NCBI GenBank assembly: GCA_963681965.1
Contig: OY820579.1
Location: 3,008,001 to 3,072,000, forward strand
From: a bacterium
GTDB lineage: Bacteria > Electryoneota > JAOADG01
DNA: 64,000 nt
Direction of reading: 5' to 3'
The notes under the pieces were generated by a model. That model had not been told where the DNA came from, ran no database searches, and was given only the letters and a program-made list of their open reading frames with translations. Made by a program: the position numbers and the translations under genes. Of this stretch, positions 10,801-17,589 are shown piece after piece (the stretch's first letter is position 1; each line of letters opens with the position of its first letter).

Positions 10801-11062
10801 ATGCAATGGTTTTTCCATCTGGCGAAAACATCGGCGATCGGTCATATCCAGGATTGGCAGTCAATCGCATCGCCCGACCACCAGCGGATGAAACCGTCCA
10901 AAGGTCACCTTGACAACTGAAAACTAACGTCGATCCATCGGGAGACAATACCGGATAACGTGGGAAAAAAGCAGTAGTAGCATGCACGATCGAGACCGAA
11001 AGTAACAAGAGAAGAGCGAGCATCGTCATAATATTATTGCGGTTAGGACAGTTCGGCATCAT
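7817..11062 (-). CDS. Tricorn-like S41 peptidase (PD40/beta-propeller repeats, PDZ, S41 catalytic domain)
   Basis: SPDG repeats, ELNSSH, IIDVRNNGGG, SFSNAE, GWETAGG; signal peptide. Confidence 0.92.
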   Translation of the reverse strand: MMPNCPNRNNIMTMLALLLLLSVSIVHATTAFFPRYPVLSPDGSTLVFSCQGDLWTVSSAGGRAMRLTANPGYDRSPMFSPDGKTIAFSSDRSGTHDIFAIPANGGTPIRLSYGQTTELVQDWSRDGKSILYSARGQFDYPMSPQIFQVQTSGSTPSRLVDCFAEEVAVGSESTYLLTIGHTLFGRKGYRGSDQSDIYRYETGKDPVQLTTHRGYDFNPLWSLRDNLVYFISDSSGSFNIWRMNSDGTNKIQITSFKDDGPRYARLSQTTHRIIIEADSSLYLLDLANPGKLQQLKIDIADDEIESPINQVTFSSNAEELAVSSDGSDYAMTIHGEIVLVNRELGGRAVVPVPSVARDCNPAFKPGTTDTVLFTTDRWGYQALTLLVPDDTGKVSLRKARHFNLLRLTKDSADCHDGKWSPKGDRIAYIHGKGQLRMMNSDGSDDHILVNTWSETQFSWSPDSKWIAYATEDYDFNSDIWVVPVDGSIAPVNISMHPDNDENPVWSADGRILSWQSLRHHKQMDVYFVYLRKSDNDRTDEEWKEWEKTRDKNKSDDSKKDSDHKGKKEKKSEAKGVVADSVVIDFEDIYLRARRITDMNGGENIVAIHPKGDRFYFTADLKKKRDLYSVNRFGEDLKAVTDGGANPGSITLDADGKTFYFLRNGTPASIGSDGGKSENTNFRATLRIDQAGEWLQILDECWRRLGSTYYDSTMHGANWQALRNKYRTYAMNVKSDIDFEDVVELLLGELNSSHTGYSQPRNDDKTQTAGELGLTFDRKYKANGLKVASVLRNGPCDKAQARILPGDILTAINGEPVSSEVNLNKPLEGKTGEPVLLTIIREGKEQEISVIPANWFAIRQLVYQEMEKKNRETVTQKSKNRVAYIHIQGMDEHSMELFQRDLYAAADGRDALIIDVRNNGGGHTCDLLLTTLTQPQHAYTISRGGGIGFPQDRLPMYRWNKPIAVLCNEGSFSNAEIFSHAIQTIKRGPVVGWETAGGVISTGGWQTINGGNIRQPGRGWWVYGTKLEEEHHGCVPDYPVPMTPADRIAGRDPQLDKAIDLMNQAVYDTDHRPGPMGEIKQH

Positions 11063-11180
11063 TACCCCTGGTTTGAGAAGCTTTGTTGGAATTGACCTAA
11101 TATAATTGAAAAACTGTCAATTCTTCTTGCATGTTGAATTGGCGATCGATAAACTTTGGTGCAGCAAAAGTGAGGAATAT

Positions 11181-11738
11181 ATGCCATTTTTATTTTTAAT
11201 TATTGCCTTAGTCGTCGTAATTCTATGGATTGTAGGAATTTATAATGGATTAGTGCGGGGACGTAAACAAGTCGACAATAGCTGGTCGCAAATCGACGTC
11301 CAATTGAAGCGACGCCACGATCTGATCCCCAATCTGGTTGAAACAGTCAAAGGTTACGCCAAACACGAGCGTGAACTTCTGGAAAACATTACCAAGGCGC
11401 GTGCTCAGGCAGTCGATGCCCGTGATCGAGGGATCGGTCAACAAATCTCTACTGAAAATGCTTTGAGCGGAATGCTTCGAAATCTGATGGTTTCAGTTGA
11501 AGCCTATCCCGATCTGAAAGCCAACACCAACTTTTTAGCACTGCAGGAAGAACTATCCAGCACTGAAAACAAGATTGGCTTTGCCCGACAGCACTACAAC
11601 GATGTTACGACGAATTACAATATTAAAACCGAAGTGTTTCCAAGCAATATTTTCGCCGGGATGTTCGGTTTCAAGCAGTGCGAACTGTGGCAAATCACCG
11701 ATGCCGCTGAGCGCGAAGCACCCAAAGTTTCATTTTAA
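11181..11738 (+). CDS. lemA: LemA family protein
   Basis: YNGLV...WSQIDVQLKRRHDLIPNLVETVKGY, YPDLKAN, ENKIGFARQHYN; start moved to ATG 11181 behind GAGGA. Confidence 0.95.
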   Translation: MPFLFLIIALVVVILWIVGIYNGLVRGRKQVDNSWSQIDVQLKRRHDLIPNLVETVKGYAKHERELLENITKARAQAVDARDRGIGQQISTENALSGMLRNLMVSVEAYPDLKANTNFLALQEELSSTENKIGFARQHYNDVTTNYNIKTEVFPSNIFAGMFGFKQCELWQITDAAEREAPKVSF

Positions 11739-11753
11739 TACTACTATCTCAGC

Positions 11754-12701
11754 ATGAACGAAACGAATCGAGTGACTTTTCTTACTCTTATTGCTCAGAA
11801 CAAGCGCGCCAGCATTCTGTTGACGGTACTGATGTGTCTTCTGATAATGATACTCGGCTTTGTCATCGGCAAAGCTTGGTTCGGCAATGGCGAAATCGGT
11901 ATGGCGCTTGCCTTTGTCTTGAGTGTCGTTTTCAGTTTCATCAGTTGGTACGGTGGTGGCGATATCATTCTTTCGATGTCGGGTGCAAAGCAAATTGAAA
12001 AGAAAGATCACCCGAAACTATTCAATGTGGTTGAAGAAGTCGCGATCGCCGCCGGCATCCCAATGCCGCGGATCTACATCATCGAGGATACCGCTCCGAA
12101 TGCCTTTGCCACCGGTCGCGATCCCGATAATGCGGTCGTTGCAATCACTCGCGGTCTACTCGAAAAATTGGACCGCGACGAGCTGCAAGGTGTGATTGCA
12201 CATGAAATCGCACATATTCGCAATTTCGATATCCGATTTGCGATGCTGATGGCAGTGATGGTCGGCGTGATCGTCTTATTAAGCGATTTCTTTTTGCGTT
12301 CGTCTTGGTTCGGATTAGGTGGTCGTAGACGCGACCGTGACAGCGATAGCGGCGGTGGCGGATACTGGTTTATCGTCGCATTGGTCTTGGCAATTTTAGC
12401 GCCAATCTTTGCGAAAATTATCCAATTGGCGATTAGCCGAAAGCGCGAATATCTTGCCGATGCGACAGCCGTTCAATTTACAAGATATCCTGACGGATTG
12501 GCGCGGGCTTTACAAAAAATCGCCGCAGACGAAGAACCGCTCGAAAGCGCAAATCGTGCGACACAACACTTGTACATCGTCAATCCGTTGAAGAATTTTA
12601 AACAAGGGGTCGATAGTGTGTTCAGTACACACCCCCCCATCGAATCCCGGATCGCACTACTTCGACAACTTGGTGCCGGTCCGACAACTACTCCCAAATA
12701 G
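11754..12701 (+). CDS. htpX: HtpX-like M48 membrane zinc metalloprotease
   Basis: PNAFATG, HEIAH (HExxH), SRKREYLAD, STHPP; classic lemA-htpX pair. Confidence 0.93.
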   Translation: MNETNRVTFLTLIAQNKRASILLTVLMCLLIMILGFVIGKAWFGNGEIGMALAFVLSVVFSFISWYGGGDIILSMSGAKQIEKKDHPKLFNVVEEVAIAAGIPMPRIYIIEDTAPNAFATGRDPDNAVVAITRGLLEKLDRDELQGVIAHEIAHIRNFDIRFAMLMAVMVGVIVLLSDFFLRSSWFGLGGRRRDRDSDSGGGGYWFIVALVLAILAPIFAKIIQLAISRKREYLADATAVQFTRYPDGLARALQKIAADEEPLESANRATQHLYIVNPLKNFKQGVDSVFSTHPPIESRIALLRQLGAGPTTTPK

Positions 12702-12707
12702 GAGGTA

Positions 12708-13241
12708 ATGATGGAAGAATTGAGCCAAGTACCGACCAATACTATTACTCAACCCTCGCCTACTGTTACTCAACCCACGCCGGTATATGCGGGATTTTGG
12801 CGACGTGTTCTTGCTGCGATTATCGATTCGATCTTACTTCAAGTCGTTATGTCGATCATCTCGGTCATTTTCGGTATCGGATCAGCCCTGTCGATGCTCC
12901 CGATGCTGGCAACGGATAACGACGCTGCAATTGCCGGAATGATTGCATCACTCGTCGCATCCATGATGATGTTGATCATCGTCTCAACGATTGTTAACTG
13001 GTTGTATTATTCGTTGATGGAAAGTTCTTCGCTGCAGGCGTCGCTGGGTAAGATGGCAATCGGTATCGTTGTTACCGATCTGGACGGAAATCGAATTACT
13101 TTTTCTCGAGCGACCGGGCGATATTTCTCAAAGATTATCTCGTCGATCATTCTCTGTATCGGCTACATCATGGTCGGCTTTACTGCGAAAAAACAGGGGC
13201 TTCACGATATCATTGCCGGTACGTTAGTCGTCAAAAAGTAA
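12708..13241 (+). CDS. RDD family membrane protein (copy 1)
   Basis: YAGFWRRVLAAIID, SLGKMAIG, KQGLHDIIAGT. Confidence 0.92.
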   Translation: MMEELSQVPTNTITQPSPTVTQPTPVYAGFWRRVLAAIIDSILLQVVMSIISVIFGIGSALSMLPMLATDNDAAIAGMIASLVASMMMLIIVSTIVNWLYYSLMESSSLQASLGKMAIGIVVTDLDGNRITFSRATGRYFSKIISSIILCIGYIMVGFTAKKQGLHDIIAGTLVVKK

Positions 13242-13330
13242 TATCGAATAATCATTCAATTTATGTAGAACCATCATCGCATTGCTCTCCAGCAGTGTGA
13301 ATTAACTAGAACCACTCTTCGGGAGATAAA

Positions 13331-13840
13331 ATGAGCGAATTGGAACAGCAACCGGTAACGCCAGTACCACCGCAACCGTTAGTCAATGCAGGATTTTGGT
13401 TGCGATTGCTAGCACATATTATCGATAAAATTATTGTTTCCTCTTTTCTTTCGATTTTTTCGGTCTTGTTCGGAATTAAAGCGGCAATATCGATGATTCC
13501 CATGTTGATCAATGGCGATGCTGCTACGATCACAACGTTCGTCACAACATTAATTTCATCGATGATGATGTTCATCCCGATCGCGATTCTGACTAAGTGG
13601 CTCTATTTCACGCTGATGGAGAGTTCCTCGATGCAGGCAACTGTAGGGAAAATGGCACTCGGCATCAAAGTAACCGATCTTAACGGTGAAAGAGTTACCT
13701 TTGCACGCGCAACCGGACGTCATTTTTCGAAAATCATCTCATCCGCGATTCTCGGTATCGGCTATATCATGGCAGCATTTACCGAAAAGAAACAGGGATT
13801 GCACGATATCATTGCGGGAACACTTGTCGTAAAAAAGTAG
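13331..13840 (+). CDS. RDD family membrane protein (copy 2, tandem paralog)
   Basis: AGFWLRLLAHIID, TVGKMALG, KQGLHDIIAGT. Confidence 0.92.
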   Translation: MSELEQQPVTPVPPQPLVNAGFWLRLLAHIIDKIIVSSFLSIFSVLFGIKAAISMIPMLINGDAATITTFVTTLISSMMMFIPIAILTKWLYFTLMESSSMQATVGKMALGIKVTDLNGERVTFARATGRHFSKIISSAILGIGYIMAAFTEKKQGLHDIIAGTLVVKK

Positions 13841-13867
13841 ATCGATTGATCACTCTTTGAATGACGT

Positions 13868-13901
13868 AAAAAAAACAGGCATCAGTATGCCTGTTTTTTT
13901 T
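13868..13901. terminator. Bidirectional intrinsic terminator
   Basis: A-run, CAGGCAT-CAGT-ATGCCTG, T-run, between convergent genes. Confidence 0.85.
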
Positions 13902-13916
13902 ACAATGTTGGATGAA

Positions 13917-14135
13917 CTATATCGACATGTCGATTGCTTGACCGAGGAAGCTCACACCGTCGGGACGGAGTCGTTTTTGAAGGTCTTCACGAAGTAATAT
14001 TACACCGGTCGGTTGGTCCAATGGCTGTGGATCGGGAAAAACGACCTCATCACTATACCTCCGACGTTCGCCGGGATAGGCTGAAAGCAAAGGATCCATC
14101 GGTCGAGGACCGCTAATTTCAAAATTTGCAGGCAT
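13917..14135 (-). CDS. Small hypothetical protein, 72 aa (ORF B), C-terminus LGQAIDMSI
   Basis: ATG at 14135 preceded by GAGGT SD; ends just before the bidirectional terminator; tail resembles the G-x-x-I-D-x-x C-terminal motif of YjfB-like small proteins (resemblance only). Confidence 0.55.
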   Translation of the reverse strand: MPANFEISGPRPMDPLLSAYPGERRRYSDEVVFPDPQPLDQPTGVILLREDLQKRLRPDGVSFLGQAIDMSI

Positions 14136-14203
14136 GTGCAAATACCTCAAGCAAAGAGTACAATTTGTCTCAAGTCGTACCTGATTATTGTCGATACATA
14201 ATC

Positions 14204-14349
14204 GCAGGCCAACGGGTTCCACCGCGCCGGTTCCCTAGGTGCAGTTGCCCTCCGGTCAGATCAGCTCTAGTTCCCACCGCCGGAACGGAGCCGTTTGAAC
14301 CTCCGTCGGTCTGGTCATCCAGTACCAGCGGGACTGAACCCTTGGCCGC
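14204..14349 (-). ncRNA. Candidate ~146-nt structured RNA of unknown family
   Basis: GC-rich intergenic block. Ends pair over ~25 bp (GGCCAA-GGGUUC...CGCUGGU with ACCGGCG...GAACCC-G-UUGGCC), with internal hairpins CUGG-AUGA-CCAG and GACGGAG..CUCCGUU. G.U wobbles work only on the minus strand. Confidence 0.6.
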
Positions 14350-14366
14350 CCAACTTTAAGTATTTC

Positions 14367-14399
14367 AAAACGACCCCACTAGCGATGAGCGGGGTCGTT
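14367..14399 (-). terminator. Intrinsic terminator-like hairpin overlapping the ORF A stop codon
   Basis: AACGACCCCGCU-CAUCGCU-AGUGGGGUCGUU followed by a short U-run. Confidence 0.6.
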
Positions 14400-14702
14400 C
14401 TGCTCTTCCTCCCGCGGGGTCACCGGTCCGGGGAGATCAAAACCATCGATTAAGCCAAGTCGATACCAACCCAATGAAATCGCTTCGGTGTCTTCGGGTG
14501 TTACCCCTTCGGACGATTCCGGAAGTGCCTTTTGAGCTTCAAACAGCATCCGACCGGCATCGGAAATCTCTACTACATCCACAATCTGATTCACCAGACG
14601 TTCGACTGAAACCGGCATCGATGTTACTTGCAGCGCATACGAAGCCGTGATTGACGGCACCGGCTGTACATTTGATTCAGGAATCGTCTGGAGCGCATTC
14701 AT
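14379..14702 (-). CDS. Small acidic hypothetical protein, 107 aa (ORF A)
   Basis: ATG at 14702 with GAGGT SD; contains DVVEISDAGR, similar to the D-x-V-E-I-S motif of FlgM-like small proteins (resemblance only). Confidence 0.6.
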   Translation of the reverse strand: MNALQTIPESNVQPVPSITASYALQVTSMPVSVERLVNQIVDVVEISDAGRMLFEAQKALPESSEGVTPEDTEAISLGWYRLGLIDGFDLPGPVTPREEEQNDPAHR

Positions 14703-14795
14703 TGGGATAACCTCTTTCAAACTCTCCGCTCATCCGGGATTGACACAGATGAGCGGTGACCTATGGGGGCGCAGTACTACTTCGTTAGATGCTTA

Positions 14796-14811
14796 TGCAA
14801 ATGCCGTTCCA
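14796..14811 (-). promoter_or_regulatory. Sigma54 (-24/-12) promoter
   Basis: Minus strand TGGAACGGCATTTGCA: GG-N10-GC with one mismatch to TGGCACG-N4-TTGCW, ~95 nt upstream of ORF A. Confidence 0.7.
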
Positions 14812-14863
14812 TACTGTTAAGTACAATCATATTAATTGGATAGAAAAAACGTGAATTGAGGAT

Positions 14864-14906
14864 CTGTTACGAAGAGGTAACAGTAACTTGAAGTATAGTT
14901 CAAGTT
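14864..14906. promoter_or_regulatory. Two adjacent inverted repeats, candidate activator-binding (UAS) sites
   Basis: CTGTTAC-N6-GTAACAG (14864-14883) and AACTTGAA-N6-TTCAAGTT (14885-14906), about 80-120 bp upstream of the predicted sigma54 start site. Confidence 0.5.
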
Positions 14907-15454
14907 GGCAGGTGACAACTTCCTCATAATAATCATATATTATTGTTATATTACGACTTAGGAAATTTCAATAACGTTACAAACAGAATTAGTTACACGT
15001 CGCTCTAAATGCTGGAGCAGATCAGAGATACACAAGAGAATCTGGTTTTTACTCAATTATCTGTGAATCTTTCCGATTGAAAAGTACTAGAAGTACTCGG
15101 CGATCTTCTCTTTCATCAAGCGAGGCTAAAATGCTCTTCATACTCAGTGAAGAACATTAGATAATTGTGTAAGATGATGTTAAGTCGTCCAAGTTCACTA
15201 ATTTTGATCAAATGAATTAATATTTTTTTGCCGATGTGATTGACCTTGAAGATCCACACTGACATATTACTCCTGTGAAGAAACAATTTATTAGATCTTT
15301 CGAGAGAATTCTTCACTGTTCATTTTGGCTTCACTTTTTTTATAATCGATGTACTTACTATTCCCTACAAGCAAACGTATTGTTCAAAATCGTCACATAA
15401 TTACTCAATTCAAATAGTCGATTTTTTTTTACCGATGGAGAGATCAATTTTTCA

Positions 15455-17044
15455 ATGATGCTTCTCGTTAAAAGCACACTAATTATTTTTCTCACTACTC
15501 TGCTCTGTCCATTGGCTCGAGCCAATATCTTATTTGTACCGACACAGTTTCAATCGATTGACAGCGCTGAAAGTTCAGCTTCGATGAATGATACAATAAT
15601 TCTATCCAACGGTTCCTATACCGATCAGATAACCCTACATACGTCATTGACGATTGGCTCATTTTATATACTCACTCATGACTCTAATTCGATACGGCAG
15701 ACGAATTGGTTACCGACGAATTCGATTCCATTAATCGATCCTGATTCAAATTCTGTCAATTTGATCGGATTGCACTTTATCTCGTCATCGCAACCAGTAA
15801 CTCAGTTTTGTGTTATCACCGGTCGAGCAAGTGGCTTTCAACTCGATCACTGTGTTTTTTCAGGTACCTTTGATGCCTCGCTAACCAACGTTGCAACCAT
15901 ATCTTTGAATCCTATTTCAGCCGCAAATTTCAATGTGACAAATTGCATTTTCGAGACTACGAATCTAAGTGCAGGTCGGTTGATTGCATTTCTGGGACCC
16001 AACGGTGGTCGGGTTTATATATCGAATTGCGTTTTTTTGGGTCGATCGACCGGTGCTGGACACACAATTTACATCACAAATACTTCAGGCAGCACAGTCG
16101 TTCGGAACTGCCAATTTCGCCATCACGGTGATGGCATTTATATCAGTAGTAATGCTAGTTATGTCGATGGTTGCGAATTTGTCGGATTAAACGATCAAGC
16201 AATTGTGATGCAGGGACGAACCGATTCTGCCATTGTTTCGAACTGTCGGTTCGATTCGATTTCTGCCAATTCAGGTATGTTTGGAGTTGTTGAGTTTTTT
16301 AGTAGTCCGGGTCGAAATATCATGCGGAACTGTACTGTTTCAAATGTCTTTGCTACGAATAATAGTTATTTGCTTTGGATTTCCACATCTTTGGTCCGGA
16401 TATATAATTGCTTGATGTATAACAATATCGTTCTACGTTTCATTAGCCTGACTAATGCTGATTCCGGTTCGAGTTTCGATTCGTGTCGAGTTCGGAATAG
16501 TAGTTTCTTATATGGAGTATATTCATTATCAAACACCCCACGGTTTCATATGTCCTGGTGTGATTTTGACGGAGTATATATTGATACATTGACTCGAAGT
16601 ATCGATTCAATATTTGCCCCGAATTGCTGGTGGGGTGATCCAACCGGACCACGTTATAATGGGAATCCTAATGGCTTAGGGATGCTACTCTCGAATAATA
16701 TTAATCCAATTCCGTGGCGTTTATCGCCCGTTTTTCCTACCGACGAAGTATCCGATCGCAACATTTCAGATCTCCTTCCGAATCGGATATCCGTCGATCC
16801 GGCATTTCCCAATCCATTCAACTCTTCCACCACGCTCTCCTACACCCTTCCGATCAATGCTCACATCGATCTTCGTCTGTACGATCTCAACGGACGTGAG
16901 ATGCAGACACTCGTCAGTCAGCGACAGAATGCCGGCACCTATCGTATACTGCTGGACGGTTCGGGGCATGCTAGCGGAACCTATTTTGTGCGATTGCAGG
17001 CAGGCGAATTTTCGAAGACTCAGAAGATCGTGCTGTTGAAGTAA
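15455..17044 (+). CDS. Secreted right-handed beta-helix (pectin-lyase-like) protein with T9SS/FlgD-type C-terminal sorting domain
   Basis: Signal peptide; VP.QFQSI..A start; repeated NC.F/GC.F beta-helix units; NCWWGDPTGP; FPNPFNSSTT...SGTYFVRL...KIVLLK. Confidence 0.8.
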   Translation: MMLLVKSTLIIFLTTLLCPLARANILFVPTQFQSIDSAESSASMNDTIILSNGSYTDQITLHTSLTIGSFYILTHDSNSIRQTNWLPTNSIPLIDPDSNSVNLIGLHFISSSQPVTQFCVITGRASGFQLDHCVFSGTFDASLTNVATISLNPISAANFNVTNCIFETTNLSAGRLIAFLGPNGGRVYISNCVFLGRSTGAGHTIYITNTSGSTVVRNCQFRHHGDGIYISSNASYVDGCEFVGLNDQAIVMQGRTDSAIVSNCRFDSISANSGMFGVVEFFSSPGRNIMRNCTVSNVFATNNSYLLWISTSLVRIYNCLMYNNIVLRFISLTNADSGSSFDSCRVRNSSFLYGVYSLSNTPRFHMSWCDFDGVYIDTLTRSIDSIFAPNCWWGDPTGPRYNGNPNGLGMLLSNNINPIPWRLSPVFPTDEVSDRNISDLLPNRISVDPAFPNPFNSSTTLSYTLPINAHIDLRLYDLNGREMQTLVSQRQNAGTYRILLDGSGHASGTYFVRLQAGEFSKTQKIVLLK

Positions 17045-17057
17045 TACATATTGTGAA

Positions 17058-17185
17058 GTAGGGGGGGCTCGCGAGCCCTCCCACCATTTATTTCGGAGGT
17101 CAGGCTTCAGCCTGACTCTTTTTATTTATTATTTTTTCAGTAGGGGCGTATGGCATACGCCCTTCGGTTCGTATGCGAACGAACC
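17058..17185 (+). repeat. Cluster of GTAG/GGAG-tagged REP-like palindromes
   Basis: GTAG-GGGGGGCTCGCGAGCCCTCCC (17058), GGAG-GTCAGGCTTCAGCCTGAC (17095), GTAG-GGGCGTATGGCATACGCCC (17140), GGTTCGT..ACGAACC (17166). Confidence 0.75.
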
Positions 17186-17589
17186 TTGCGTTACTTAGTC
17201 GAAGAGGCTATTCTCAAAGAACCCTTTATCATTGCTTTCTCCCCCTTACCGATGATTTGAACTTCTTGTATTGTCGTTCTCGTAGTACCTTTCGTTGAAG
17301 CAAAAGACTGTCTTCGACAGTTTTGGTTTCCGCTAGTATGATCTGTTGATCGAATTGATAGAGTTCGGTGAGTTGATCGCGAATCATTTGAATGATTACC
17401 GCTTTTCGATCTGAAGTAAATCCTACGAATTCCTGATGCATCGGAGCATCATTAATGATAGTAGCGACGCAATTCAAAACCGGGGATATGAGAAAATATG
17501 ATTTCCAAAATTCTCATGCTGGACCATGTTTAATATTGACTGATAATTTTTATTTTATTATTTTTGAAAGGTTAATTTTCGAGGCAAAA

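Noticed and set aside
14290-14335. TPP-riboswitch-like words on plus (TTTGAACCT...CTGG...ACCAGCG)
   Set aside because: No CUGAGA element, wrong spacing, and no downstream plus-strand gene; wobble pairs favour the minus strand
14204-14349. Retron msr-msd, tRNA-Sec, cobalamin riboswitch or SRP RNA interpretation of the structured element
   Set aside because: No reverse transcriptase nearby, no cloverleaf, no B12 box, no SRP helix-8 motif
15116-15316. 66-aa minus-strand ORF
   Set aside because: AT-rich, no convincing SD or motif; likely spurious
17229-17477. 82-aa minus-strand ORF next to the REP cluster
   Set aside because: TTG start without SD and no recognisable family (not RAYT-like, no HUH motif); could be a remnant but is unsupported
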